A stretch of DNA of 64,000 nucleotides. Source: a virus. Every line of letters begins with the position of its first letter. Within the stretch, counting starts at the first letter, position 1. The DNA is taken from positions 1 to 64,000 of the IMG/VR virus record IMGVR_UViG_3300009149_000016; one strand, written 5' to 3'. Shown piece by piece: positions 18,283 through 27,867 of this stretch. The position numbers and the translations under genes are program-made. The notes below the pieces were generated by a model. The model saw only the letters and a program-made list of their open reading frames with translations, was not told where the DNA came from and searched no databases.

Positions 18283-18825
18283 TCAATCATCGCCGCTGGG
18301 GCCAGCGTGTACACCAACTACTTTCGGGGCTGTCACCATTAGGCGCACGACCGCTTGTCCTATGGCTTGAAGGGCCACCAAGCGTATTTCCTCGTACACC
18401 TGAATGGAGGATGCGAACCGATCCCGCTGTTCCTGCGTGAAGCCGTTTGACGTCGCGAAGGTGCCGACCCGCTCGATCTCCTCTGGGCTCTTGACGACCT
18501 GGACGGAGCCGAGCACGCCGAGTGGCTCACCCTTCAAAAGGATTGGGATTGCGATCTCAAGCATCCCTGAAGGGCATGGGTACGACTGCACCAGATCGTC
18601 CATGGACCAATCGAAGTTCGTCTGACCTATCTGTCTGCGGGGGCAAGCAGCACAAGGACGGTGTTCGTCCTTTGAGAATGCTGTACACACTGATTGAAGG
18701 TTGTCGATTCGAGTGACGATGTTACCATCGACGTCTGCGAAGAACAGCGGGATCCCCGCAAACTCCGAAAGTTCGTCGATCACCCCCTGAAGGCCCGCTA
18801 TCGAAAACACGTCGGTGAGTTTCAT
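18283..18825 (-). CDS. Stand-alone PocR-like sensor domain protein
   Basis: LQGVIDELSEFAGIP..DVDGNIVT..C..F..C..YPCPSGMLEIAIPILLKGEPLG; GGCGG SD before MKLTDV. Confidence 0.75.
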   Translation of the reverse strand: MKLTDVFSIAGLQGVIDELSEFAGIPLFFADVDGNIVTRIDNLQSVCTAFSKDEHRPCAACPRRQIGQTNFDWSMDDLVQSYPCPSGMLEIAIPILLKGEPLGVLGSVQVVKSPEEIERVGTFATSNGFTQEQRDRFASSIQVYEEIRLVALQAIGQAVVRLMVTAPKVVGVHAGPSGDD

Positions 18826-18888
18826 AGAATTACCGCCTAACAAGTAGTTCGATGCTGGACGGGTCGACTCGGACGCAGGAGAATTATC

Positions 18889-20001
18889 ATGGTCGAAACA
18901 AGCGATATTGGTTGGGGAAAGTATGGAGGGTATGAAGGCCCCTACTTCTGGGGAAAGACTCCTTTTCGGCTCTCTGACAACCCATCGGAATCCGAGAAGT
19001 TCCTTGCGGTGATCACGGCGACTGAAGGCGGTAAGTGGGATGCGATCAACGGCTACGACCGGTGCATCAACACGGTTGGCCTGGTTCAGCACTGCGAGGC
19101 TGGGATGTACGGTGTGTCCGACCTTCTCGGCTATATCGTGTCCTGTGACGAAGGACTCTTGGACCCCCTCAAGCCGGCCATGGCGGCGTCAGACGTCACC
19201 TTCGAAACGAACGCTCGGGCTCGTTGGCGGTTTCACTTCCGGGATGCCCGGGGAGAGGTGGACCGCAAGCAAGAGCAACGGCAACTTTTCCTGCGTGACT
19301 CGACAGGGAAGCTGGGCACCTGGGACAACATCTCCAAAGAACACGCCAAGCTATGGGTCGCCTGTGAGGCTGAATTCCTTGCCCAGCCCGGTGCCATCGA
19401 AGCGCAGATGCAGTACCTTCTGCCCCGCTTCAAGAGCTACGTGTTCGGCTCGGCTCGCAAGACGATGTTCGGAGACATCCCCACCCACAACAACCTGTGG
19501 GTGGGGGCGGCTCGGGCGATCTACTTGAGCTTCTCGCTCAACTTGCCAGCCATGGCGACCCGGATGCTCGAAGAACACATCAAGCACACGCGCGACCCCC
19601 TGTTCTCCGAGGACTGGGTCATTGGACTCGCCAAGCGGCTCACCTTCGATCCTGGGATCGCGATCTACCCCCACCGGTACAACAAGATCCGCCCCGTGGC
19701 CGAGAAGCTCTATGGGGTCGATCTGCCGGACTTCTCAGAAGAACTGAAGAAGTGGCGCTCAGACTTGCTCATCGAAGCCCCGGAAACGGGCGTACCTGAC
19801 TTCCTGACCATCGACGAGATTCAGGATGAGCTTCTGGCGTGCCACTATGACTTAGGGCCCGCCAAGGCCGACGGACGCGTTGGCACCAAAACCCGTGCTG
19901 CCATCATGACGTTCCAACGGTACGCAGGACTTGAAGATGATGGGATCGTCGGGAAGAAAACGCGTCGAGCCCTCAAACAGTCCTGGGAAGCAAGAAACTA
20001 G
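18889..20001 (+). CDS. Putative muramidase-like enzyme with C-terminal peptidoglycan-binding domain
   Basis: TEGGKWDAINGYD near the N-terminus; C-terminal ADGRVGTKT..FQ..GL..DGIVG. Confidence 0.7.
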   Translation: MVETSDIGWGKYGGYEGPYFWGKTPFRLSDNPSESEKFLAVITATEGGKWDAINGYDRCINTVGLVQHCEAGMYGVSDLLGYIVSCDEGLLDPLKPAMAASDVTFETNARARWRFHFRDARGEVDRKQEQRQLFLRDSTGKLGTWDNISKEHAKLWVACEAEFLAQPGAIEAQMQYLLPRFKSYVFGSARKTMFGDIPTHNNLWVGAARAIYLSFSLNLPAMATRMLEEHIKHTRDPLFSEDWVIGLAKRLTFDPGIAIYPHRYNKIRPVAEKLYGVDLPDFSEELKKWRSDLLIEAPETGVPDFLTIDEIQDELLACHYDLGPAKADGRVGTKTRAAIMTFQRYAGLEDDGIVGKKTRRALKQSWEARN

Positions 20002-20492
20002 TTTGACTTCTTGCTGCTTTTCTTGGACTTGGAGGGCTTGACCGGCTCTTCCGGGATAGGCTCGGACTTGGAAGCCTTGGCCTTGGGCTTCTCTTCCTTG
20101 GGGGGCTCAGGGGCAGGCTCAGGTTTCGCTTCCACCTTGGGCTCGGGCTCAGGGGTGGGCGCTTCCTTGATCTCTTCTGCGGGCTCGGCCTTGCCGACCG
20201 GCTTGACCTTCGCCTCGAATTCGACGACCTTTTTGACCGGGGGCTTCTCCGTCTTGGAGAGCTTTTTGGCCGAAGGCTTGGCCTTTTTCGCCGTCGTTTT
20301 CTTGGGATCCGAAGCAAGCTGCTCCGCAAGGTCCAGAAGCCCTGCTACCGTGGTCGGGGGATCGCCACCCGCCTTTTCGGCGAGCTTTTGGGCATACTGT
20401 GCGAACTTGCCGACCTGGTAGCCACGCTGCATTGCGCGTCGCAGACGGATGATCAGATCGGGGAGGGCTTCAGGAGTAAATAGTTTCGCCAT
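19998..20492 (-). CDS. Lys/Glu/Pro-rich hypothetical protein
   Basis: GAGG SD; low-complexity C-terminus. Confidence 0.7.
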   Translation of the reverse strand: MAKLFTPEALPDLIIRLRRAMQRGYQVGKFAQYAQKLAEKAGGDPPTTVAGLLDLAEQLASDPKKTTAKKAKPSAKKLSKTEKPPVKKVVEFEAKVKPVGKAEPAEEIKEAPTPEPEPKVEAKPEPAPEPPKEEKPKAKASKSEPIPEEPVKPSKSKKSSKKSN

Positions 20493-21223
20493 GGGTTCCT
20501 CGTTGGTACCCTATACTCCGGCCATAAAATGTTCAACGCTTCCACTTCAGGTTCGGGCATGAGGGTGGGCGGCTTGAGCATTTCGATGATGTCGGTGTCC
20601 TTGAACGTGGGACGATTGCGGTCGAACCAACGAATGGCGACCCCCATCCGTTGACGGCTGTGGCTCGAACCCTTCTCGGTCGAACCACTGGCGTATACCC
20701 GCAACCATTCAAGACGACCCAGACGCCGGCAGGACAGGAAAGACGAACGAATGACCCGCATCCCGGCACGGATGCACCTTGTGCGATCAGTCACCAGTTC
20801 TTCACCGGTCCACCCCGTATGGATCTCGCTCTCGGGATCTGCCGGACGTGCCCTCCGGTTCTTCACCTCGTTCCACGGGGTGGTCTTGCCCTTGCCAACA
20901 TTCAATTGCATCAAACACCAGGATCGACCCTGGTCACCACGAGCAAGCTTGCCTTCCCCGTAGTCGACATCCCTTCTAAATCCGGATTCGTGAAGCATCA
21001 AGCTCAGGACCACGGAAACGGTCCGTGCCTGGGCGTACCTTCCACCGAACAAGGACTTCTCGCGATCAGGACCGTAGAGCACCTCAGCGATGTCCACAGC
21101 GATATCCCGGTACCTCTGTTCAGCCTCGATCTTCGTTTCTTCAGCTTCCGGAACGTATGTCTTTCGACCCGGGGGCGCTGCGGCAATCATGAAACCCATA
21201 ATCCAAGTGATCAACGTTTCCAC
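20453..21223 (-). CDS. Lytic transglycosylase/SLT-like protein
   Basis: LMLHESGF..GDQGRSWCLMQLN; GTG start after AAGGAGG. Confidence 0.6.
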   Translation of the reverse strand: METLITWIMGFMIAAAPPGRKTYVPEAEETKIEAEQRYRDIAVDIAEVLYGPDREKSLFGGRYAQARTVSVVLSLMLHESGFRRDVDYGEGKLARGDQGRSWCLMQLNVGKGKTTPWNEVKNRRARPADPESEIHTGWTGEELVTDRTRCIRAGMRVIRSSFLSCRRLGRLEWLRVYASGSTEKGSSHSRQRMGVAIRWFDRNRPTFKDTDIIEMLKPPTLMPEPEVEALNILWPEYRVPTRNPWRNYLLLKPSPI

Positions 21224-21332
21224 GAGTATTCCTCCTTTTGAAGGTGGTCTCCCCTGGACAGCGCCCGTCATAGCTCAGTTGGAACTAGGGCGCAAGTTTA
21301 CGTCAGGGAACTTCCGGTGTATGATCGGGCAC

Positions 21333-21749
21333 ATGAAGCTACACGAATTCCACACAACCTTGCTCGGTAAATGCGCAACGGATGATCAGAGCCGGTTGTA
21401 TGTGTCCGATAAAGCTTGTGATTTTCTTTCAAAGGGGACGAACGATGAGGTGCTCGCGACGGTCGTCCTCGCCATTATGAAAGCCAGAGGGAAACTGGTT
21501 TTTATTGTTCCCGAATTTCGACAGAAGCGTATCACAAAACAAATTGAAGATGCAGTACGACTCATCCTTAGTAAATTGAACGGTGAATGCCCAAAAACGG
21601 CATGGGAAGTGCAGTACCGACTCAAGAAAAGCATCCTCATTGGACACCGGACTGAATTCGAAAGAGAACCTGAAAGGTGGGTAGCCTGTGGGTTCTCAAA
21701 AGATGAGATGGGGCTCATGCCCCCCTGGCTTCAGAACCGGTTGGTGTAA
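21333..21749 (+). CDS. Hypothetical protein
   Basis: GGTGTA-N11-ATG; locally lower GC. Confidence 0.6.
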   Translation: MKLHEFHTTLLGKCATDDQSRLYVSDKACDFLSKGTNDEVLATVVLAIMKARGKLVFIVPEFRQKRITKQIEDAVRLILSKLNGECPKTAWEVQYRLKKSILIGHRTEFEREPERWVACGFSKDEMGLMPPWLQNRLV

Positions 21750-21757
21750 CACCTTGC

Positions 21758-22288
21758 ATGCCCGACGAAGACCTTGACCTTTCCTCAGACTGGGATCTAC
21801 TTCGCCCATCTGACCCGAAGCCCAAAGAGCCCAAATACTACGATCTCGATTCCATACGGGCAGACATCGAGCGCAAGGCGATCGACCATGTCCTTCTCGC
21901 GTGTGACAAGATCCCGGGTCCTTCCAAACAGAACCTTCAACTCATCGTCGAGCGCAGCGTCAAGTACGCCATGCACGAATGGACGAAGACCCTGGACGAG
22001 CAAGGTACCGAGGGGCTCATCGAATTCTTTTTGCTCGGAAGCTCGCTATCCGAAGAGGAGTTGTCCGGGTTGCTGCGGGCTATTCCGGAGACGCTACTCC
22101 ACCGGATTCTCGCCAGTTCCACTAAGAGTGCAACCGGCATTCACGCTCTGATTAGCCTCGAATGGCATCGGCGCAACGGGGCATCCGCCCTCAACTATCG
22201 TATTGATCAGCAGGGTCAAGTAGTGTTTCAAGACCCGACGCACGGGGAGATTGGTTTCTTTTTGGATGACCGATTCAAAGACGAGTGA
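21758..22288 (+). CDS. Hypothetical protein
   Basis: GGTGTA-N9-ATG; N-terminal SSDWDLLRP. Confidence 0.7.
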   Translation: MPDEDLDLSSDWDLLRPSDPKPKEPKYYDLDSIRADIERKAIDHVLLACDKIPGPSKQNLQLIVERSVKYAMHEWTKTLDEQGTEGLIEFFLLGSSLSEEELSGLLRAIPETLLHRILASSTKSATGIHALISLEWHRRNGASALNYRIDQQGQVVFQDPTHGEIGFFLDDRFKDE

Positions 22289-23084
22289 TTTCGAGGCTGA
22301 TTGGAATCTGCTTCGACCACACTCCCGAAGAACATTGTGGGATGCGTGCCACGACCAAGGACTCGTCACGATTGCTGGCCCCCGGTACATTCGCAAGCGG
22401 TTCTTCGAAGGCTTGCATGAGAGTCTGAGGGACGAGGTGGGTGGTCACAACGACGTCATCTGTCTCGCCGAGAGCGACCCCACCATCTATCTGGCGGCAA
22501 GTGACGCCGTCGAGCCCCTTCGACTGGCTTTCCGACGCTGGGACAACATCAACCCGGTGCCCACAATAGCTCACAACGTCTATGGACATCCCGCTGACAG
22601 CGACTACCTGCCCTGCAAGCTCGCCGAGAAATGGGGTGAGCGCTATCAAGGCACAAGTCATGACTTTTTCCTCACGTCAATCATCGACTCGTGGCTCAAA
22701 AGTCAGTTTGACAGCGACCAGCGAAACTCCCTGCAACAGTTGGGTATGTATGATGAATTCCGGGAAACGCCCGTCTTTGACCGGTTCGACTCGACGTTCC
22801 GCTATGCTCAGAGCATCGGCATTCTCAATCGGGTCGTGATCGCGTACGACTGTCTAAGCGTTGCCATCAACCGGGGTACCAACCTCCCGATTGACTTGCC
22901 CGACGTCCTTCGCAAGCTTTCGAAGGCTCCGTGGGCGACGGTTTTCGTGGGGTGGGCCCCTCACCGAGGCTACGAGACGGTCCCTTGGGAGGACATCCGG
23001 GTCGATTTGCAGAACACCACCTACCGGGTCGACCATGAGAACGCTGATCTCATGGAAATCACGAGGGGTGACAGCCCGGTGTAG
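22266..23084 (+). CDS. Hypothetical protein
   Basis: N-terminal EADWNLLRP, similar to the upstream gene. Confidence 0.65.
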   Translation: MTDSKTSDFEADWNLLRPHSRRTLWDACHDQGLVTIAGPRYIRKRFFEGLHESLRDEVGGHNDVICLAESDPTIYLAASDAVEPLRLAFRRWDNINPVPTIAHNVYGHPADSDYLPCKLAEKWGERYQGTSHDFFLTSIIDSWLKSQFDSDQRNSLQQLGMYDEFRETPVFDRFDSTFRYAQSIGILNRVVIAYDCLSVAINRGTNLPIDLPDVLRKLSKAPWATVFVGWAPHRGYETVPWEDIRVDLQNTTYRVDHENADLMEITRGDSPV

Positions 23085-23092
23085 GACAAGGC

Positions 23093-23635
23093 ATGTCTGA
23101 CCTTGACATCGAATTTGACATCGAAAAGTTGGAGGGTCCTATCTCCGACGTCGATGACAACGACTTCGACAAACCCAGCCCTAGTCCTCCCGCTGGTGCT
23201 CGCAAAGACCTTGTTTGCGGCGACTGTGGTGCCCCTATGGAGCTTCGGCCGTCCAAGTACGGCTACTTCTATGGCTGCATCAAGTGGCCGGACTGTGGTG
23301 GCACCCACGGCGCCCACAAGGATGGGAGCCCCCGTGGCATCCCCGCCAACAAGGCGACCCGACGGGGCCGGATGGCGGCGCATGGTGCGTTCGATCTGCT
23401 CTGGAAGCCCAAGAGCGACGCTCAAGAGCCGATGATGTCCCGTAAGGAAGCCTACCAGTGGATGGCTCTTGCCATGCAGATGGCGCCGGACGACGCTCAC
23501 ATCGGCCGATTCACGCTGGAACAATGCGAGAAGCTCGTCGAACTGGTTCAGGAAGCGTACCCCGGGCTATTCAGCCAATGGGAGCGCTTGACGACCGACC
23601 ACGACTTCATGGATGATGGCGTGTTCGAAGATTAG
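23093..23635 (+). CDS. Zinc-ribbon (topoisomerase C4/DUF3268-like) protein, tag A (SQWERL plus acidic tail)
   Basis: CGDCGAPMELR..YGYFYGCIKWPDC; AHIGRF. Confidence 0.75.
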   Translation: MSDLDIEFDIEKLEGPISDVDDNDFDKPSPSPPAGARKDLVCGDCGAPMELRPSKYGYFYGCIKWPDCGGTHGAHKDGSPRGIPANKATRRGRMAAHGAFDLLWKPKSDAQEPMMSRKEAYQWMALAMQMAPDDAHIGRFTLEQCEKLVELVQEAYPGLFSQWERLTTDHDFMDDGVFED

Positions 23636-23643
23636 AGGACTCG

Positions 23644-23820
23644 ATGCTCACCCTCTTGATCGCGATGTTCACAGGTGCCATTGGTGGCTACATCCTTGGT
23701 CACCACGCCGGGTGGACGACCGCTACCGACTTCTGGGAGAACGACGTCAAGCACTGGCGGGAGATGCACACCCGAGCCGACAAGCACATCACCTACCTGA
23801 CTCAGAAGTGGTATGGGTGA
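23644..23820 (+). CDS. Small membrane protein (58 aa)
   Basis: Hand-translated MLTLLIAMFTGAIGGYILG..; GAGG SD. Confidence 0.55.
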   Translation: MLTLLIAMFTGAIGGYILGHHAGWTTATDFWENDVKHWREMHTRADKHITYLTQKWYG

Positions 23821-23898
23821 CCCATCCGAAGCGGGGTTGTGGCATCGGGTCATGCTGGACCCGGTGGACGATTCTGTTTATGCTTGGTCTTTGTAGCG

Positions 23899-24420
23899 AT
23901 GCCTGAAATCTTCAGAACACGAGACGTTGTGGTTTTCGTCAAGGGCGACACGTTCCCAGTGAAGCTCAACAACGCGCTTCTGCAAAGCGGGTGGGCCGGG
24001 GGCCAACTCGTCATGTGGGACGATGCCACAGACGATGACTTCCAAGTCCAATACTCCGATGGGCGCTTCGGAGGATTCCTTCTGTGGGGATCCGATGAGG
24101 ACAGCGACCAATACGTGTCCATGGTCGGCCAGCAAATCAAGTATGGTTACGCCGTCATGGCAATGGGCGGGTGGTCCATTTCGACCCGAACCTACGAGAA
24201 ATACACGTACGCCTCCCGAATCGCCGGCCCCTTGGTCCCCATCAACTACGTCGAAGGCGACTTCCTACGGATCAGCCTCCGGGGCTTGTTCACGGTCGAG
24301 GACGAGTGGACCTTGTCAGGTGACCCACGGGCCCCTGACCACTTCTGGGCTGGCGTCGTCATGCACGCACCCGATCTCGCCAAGAACAAGGACTACCTTG
24401 GCGTCCAGGCCAACCTCTAG
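23899..24420 (+). CDS. Hypothetical, possibly virion structural protein
   Basis: Beta-rich 173-aa ORF lacking class I/II motifs. Confidence 0.6.
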   Translation: MPEIFRTRDVVVFVKGDTFPVKLNNALLQSGWAGGQLVMWDDATDDDFQVQYSDGRFGGFLLWGSDEDSDQYVSMVGQQIKYGYAVMAMGGWSISTRTYEKYTYASRIAGPLVPINYVEGDFLRISLRGLFTVEDEWTLSGDPRAPDHFWAGVVMHAPDLAKNKDYLGVQANL

Positions 24421-24953
24421 CCCTGCTTGACGTGGGTCGCGTGGAAGATGATCGCCTTGGCGAAGTCTTCAGCGCTGAAGTCGCCCTTCGTCCCGCCTTC
24501 CATCTGAAGGAAGTTGCGAGCCATCGTCACGGGGTCCATCGGAGACTCTTCCGTGCCCGGTTCGGGGTTGATGCTCACGATCTCCCAGTCGGAGTCTTCG
24601 AACGTGGCTTCGTTGCCCTCATCGAGCACGTCCTTACGGTACAGCACGATGTTGCAGGAGCCCGCCACGCACTTGCCAGGGCCATCGCTCACAACCTGAA
24701 GGAAGGGCGCTTCACCCTCACGACGGGGGGCAAACTTCGCTCGCAACGGGGTCTTGTCCGTCACGGGCATGATGCTCGAACGGAAGCGCTCCGGGGGAAC
24801 GGGCACGAGACACACGCCATCCCGATACCCGGGCTTGGCCTCGTGATAGTGCTTGGTCACGAGAGCTTCAAGCTCTTCGAACGTGCCCTCGAAGTAACCA
24901 TACTCGGACTCGGCGGTGTGTCGGTGTGCGAAGCTGTTGGTTTTGATCTTCAT
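24417..24953 (-). CDS. DUF3228-like protein
   Basis: PGYRDGV..RREGE..IVLY..WEIVSIN..PMDPVTMARN. Confidence 0.7.
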   Translation of the reverse strand: MKIKTNSFAHRHTAESEYGYFEGTFEELEALVTKHYHEAKPGYRDGVCLVPVPPERFRSSIMPVTDKTPLRAKFAPRREGEAPFLQVVSDGPGKCVAGSCNIVLYRKDVLDEGNEATFEDSDWEIVSINPEPGTEESPMDPVTMARNFLQMEGGTKGDFSAEDFAKAIIFHATHVKQG

Positions 24954-24955
24954 CG

Positions 24956-24992
24956 TGATCCCTCTAAGGTGTGTCGGCGTGTTCAATCCACC
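24956..24992 (-). promoter_or_regulatory. Class II bipartite promoter-like motif
   Basis: GGTGGATT-N15-CCTTA-GAGGGATC-A(CGATG). Confidence 0.75.
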
Positions 24993-25021
24993 AGACGCCC
25001 CACCTTTCGAAGATCTGACAC

Positions 25022-25267
25022 CTACTGGCTCGAAGGTGGCTCTGAACCTCGACAGACAGCCTTGAGCCGCTGCGACATCTTCTTGAGCTTGGCCGTCACG
25101 TCCTCAATAACCTGATCCAAAGGACCGGCGCTCGACTCCACGAGAATCGCTCCCCCTACTTGGATCGAGCACACCCACCAATCTTCGCGATCCGGGATTC
25201 CCCTAAAGCGAACTTCGGCTGCCGGCGTCACGGTTCGGGCGGCTTTCATTAGGCGGGAAACGTCCAT
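25022..25267 (-). CDS. Hypothetical protein
   Basis: 81-aa ORF. Confidence 0.6.
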   Translation of the reverse strand: MDVSRLMKAARTVTPAAEVRFRGIPDREDWWVCSIQVGGAILVESSAGPLDQVIEDVTAKLKKMSQRLKAVCRGSEPPSSQ

Positions 25268-25362
25268 TCTGACTATGCCGTCATATCAGATGTTTGTCAG
25301 CATGACGCACAGTGTCAAACAAAAAGTTGATAATGACGCGCCTTGCCGGTGTAGTTCCCACC

Positions 25363-26277
25363 ATGACTACACACCTCGTCCCCACCGGAACCGTCAACCT
25401 CAAAACCGCCCTCGAAAACGCTGGGCTCGGCTTCACCGTCGAGAAGGCTCCCTTGTTTCGCAAGGATGCCGAAGGCAACCTGATCGAGACCAAGTCGTGC
25501 GCGACAGTGCGGATGGACACGGGTGAACAACTCGGCACCGTGGGCAAGGGCTACCATGTCCTTCAGAATGCCGAAGCGATGGCGTTCTTCCAGGACTGGC
25601 TCGAAGGCGGGCATGCGAAGCTCGAAACGCTTGGTTCCCTGCGAAGCGGCAAGCGTGTGTGGATCCAGGCCCGCCTCAACGAATCCGACCCCATCGAAGT
25701 GGTACCCGGCGATGCTGTCAACCTTTTCGTCTTGCTCGCCAACAGCCACGACGGGTCCATGGCCGTTTCGACCGGCTTCGTGGGCAACCGGGTCGTGTGC
25801 GAGAACACGCTCATGATGGCGATTCAGACGGGCAAGCTCCTGAAGGTGCGCCACACGGTCAACGCCGTCCAAGCTCTCGACAAGATCAAGGACGTCATCA
25901 ACCTGGCGAACCGGGAATTCGTCGCGACCGCTGAGCAGTGGAAGGAACTGTCTCGCCGGGGAGTCACCGAGTCGAGCCTTCGCAGGTACGTCCGGCGCGT
26001 GTTCAACCCCATCGTGGTCGACGGTGAGGAGAAGGATTCCGAAAAGGGCGGCGAGCGCGTGGCCGACAACGTCATCAAGCTCTACGAGGAAAACAAGTAC
26101 GGTACCAAGCTGGGAGGGGCCAACGGGACGGCTTGGGGCGCCTACAACGCCGTCAACTCGTACCTCAACCACGAGCGTGGCCGCTCCAACGACACGCGTC
26201 AGGAGTCGCTCTGGTTCGGTCAGGGCGCCAAGCTCGACCGTCGAGCCCTCAAGGTCGCCCAACAGATGTTTGGTTGA
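25363..26277 (+). CDS. DUF932 family protein
   Basis: LGTVGKGYHVLQN, NSHDGS, RVVCENTL, GTAWGAYNAV; start placed by GGTGTA-N9. Confidence 0.9.
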   Translation: MTTHLVPTGTVNLKTALENAGLGFTVEKAPLFRKDAEGNLIETKSCATVRMDTGEQLGTVGKGYHVLQNAEAMAFFQDWLEGGHAKLETLGSLRSGKRVWIQARLNESDPIEVVPGDAVNLFVLLANSHDGSMAVSTGFVGNRVVCENTLMMAIQTGKLLKVRHTVNAVQALDKIKDVINLANREFVATAEQWKELSRRGVTESSLRRYVRRVFNPIVVDGEEKDSEKGGERVADNVIKLYEENKYGTKLGGANGTAWGAYNAVNSYLNHERGRSNDTRQESLWFGQGAKLDRRALKVAQQMFG

Positions 26278-26630
26278 TGCTCCCCAACGTTGCAACCGGC
26301 AAGAGCGAAGTCTACGTCAATGACAAGGACTTCGCTCGTTGGGAGAAGGGCGAACAGCCCGTTCGCATCATCTACCACAACCTCGACGTTACTCGAAGCT
26401 TCAACGAGCTTTACTCGGTCCACAACGAGTTTTACCCGCCTGAGCTTCGCAATCTCGCAGCCTACCGTCTCGACGTCCTCCACGGCGAGCCCAAGCAGAT
26501 CGAAGTCGGGCTCAAACTTACGGTTTTCGGGAATTCCTACCGGGTGACCGAGATCAAAGATTCACCTGAACCCGACTACTCCGTTGCCTACCTTGTCCCC
26601 TGGACCACTTGGGACCTAATCCTCGATTAG
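26277..26630 (+). CDS. Hypothetical protein, tag A (WTTWDLILD*)
   Basis: TGATG coupling. Confidence 0.65.
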   Translation: MLPNVATGKSEVYVNDKDFARWEKGEQPVRIIYHNLDVTRSFNELYSVHNEFYPPELRNLAAYRLDVLHGEPKQIEVGLKLTVFGNSYRVTEIKDSPEPDYSVAYLVPWTTWDLILD

Positions 26631-26667
26631 TTGCCCAACATTCCATGGGTAGGGTAACATACTCCGC

Positions 26668-26841
26668 ATGGAAACCATCGAGGCAAGACCCGAGCCCGAA
26701 CGCACCTTGTTCACCTTCCGGCTCGAAATTGAGGCTCCCAAGGAAGCTTGCCTCCTCGATCTCACCCGAGTCATCGCCGCCATCTCCGGTGTAATACCCC
26801 CTAAATGGAAAATCCAGATCAAAAGCCCCCGCCGTGGATAG
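26668..26841 (+). CDS. Small hypothetical protein (57 aa)
   Basis: Hand-translated METIEARPEP..; fills the gap. Confidence 0.4.
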   Translation: METIEARPEPERTLFTFRLEIEAPKEACLLDLTRVIAAISGVIPPKWKIQIKSPRRG

Positions 26842-27065
26842 ACGTTCAGGGCCCTGATTCTGACGGGGCCTACGACATCGAAGTTGATTTGTCCGAGGAA
26901 GAATTCAAGCGGTGGCAAGCTATCGCCGACGCTCCCACCAATTGGCAAGCCTTCAAAGCCGCCAAAATCAAGGTTCGAGAGTACCCGGAATTCCTATGGT
27001 CGACCCTCGACTACCTTTGGTTCAATTATGTGCGTCATTGGTGGCGCAGAAGGACGTTCAGATGA
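26805..27065 (+). CDS. Hypothetical protein
   Basis: GGTGTA-N11-ATG. Confidence 0.6.
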   Translation: MENPDQKPPPWIDVQGPDSDGAYDIEVDLSEEEFKRWQAIADAPTNWQAFKAAKIKVREYPEFLWSTLDYLWFNYVRHWWRRRTFR

Positions 27066-27250
27066 CAGATAAGACCGCTCTCAAGTGGCTCGGACGGGTC
27101 AACTTTTACCTCTGCCAGTGGTTCTTCTTTCGGATCACACGCAAGTACGATGACGATGACAACTTCATAGGGTGGGGCATCCTTTGGGGCATCGTTCCAA
27201 CGACTGGCTGGACCAACAACTACCGGTACGTCCCGGGGTTCAGGCGATGA
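27062..27250 (+). CDS. Small hypothetical protein
   Basis: ATGA overlaps on both sides. Confidence 0.6.
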   Translation: MTDKTALKWLGRVNFYLCQWFFFRITRKYDDDDNFIGWGILWGIVPTTGWTNNYRYVPGFRR

Positions 27251-27543
27251 CGTTTTCCCCAGCAAAAGCTTGGGCAATGTATGAAATCGTCCACGCGCCC
27301 ATCCTTTGGAACAAGAATGACAAGGGCTGCGACTTTGGAGATGTGGTCACGATCAACGACCCCCTCAGTCGGGGTGACGACATCATCGTCATCGGTCTCA
27401 ACGGCGTGCGTGCCTTCATGAAGGTTGACGGCGACATGGAAGCTTCGAACGAGACCTTCACCGCAAAGCTTGGAATCGACCGGGGCCACTTCATCTGCGA
27501 GAAGATCGCACGCAAAGAGCAACTGGTGTTGAATGAGGAATGA
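27247..27543 (+). CDS. Hypothetical protein
   Basis: ATGA overlap. Confidence 0.6.
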   Translation: MTFSPAKAWAMYEIVHAPILWNKNDKGCDFGDVVTINDPLSRGDDIIVIGLNGVRAFMKVDGDMEASNETFTAKLGIDRGHFICEKIARKEQLVLNEE

Positions 27544-27797
27544 GCATTCACAGAGTTGAATTGAAGGTCACCTTCTATGCGGACGCCGTAACGGCCGACG
27601 ATGTGGAAGAGGACGTACGGACCCAGCGCTTCGATTGGTCCAACGAGCTTCGGCATGCGGACGTCAACGTGACGGAGGTGACCGAAGTCGCTCAGATTGA
27701 CAAGGATTGGAAGGAATGCTTGCCCTACTCCAGGTACCAGAACCCTGCCAATCTCACCTGTGAGCAAATGTTCCATGCGGGACGGGTATTGAAGTGA
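27540..27797 (+). CDS. Hypothetical protein
   Basis: ATGA overlap. Confidence 0.6.
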   Translation: MSIHRVELKVTFYADAVTADDVEEDVRTQRFDWSNELRHADVNVTEVTEVAQIDKDWKECLPYSRYQNPANLTCEQMFHAGRVLK

Positions 27798-27867
27798 GGC
27801 TCGCGCCTTAGAGGGTCCATGAAGTACGAAGGCTATCATCCCGACCACACCCTCCCGGAAGCCCAAA

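Noticed and set aside
21261-21332. tRNA-like stretch (TAGCTCAGTTGG D-arm, GCCCG..CGGGC ends)
   Set aside because: No TTCG T-arm and no proper anticodon stem; it overlaps a class I motif between divergent genes.
25268-25335. AT-rich imperfect palindrome GTTTGTCA..TGTCAAAC between divergent genes
   Set aside because: Single imperfect instance, with no second copy found.
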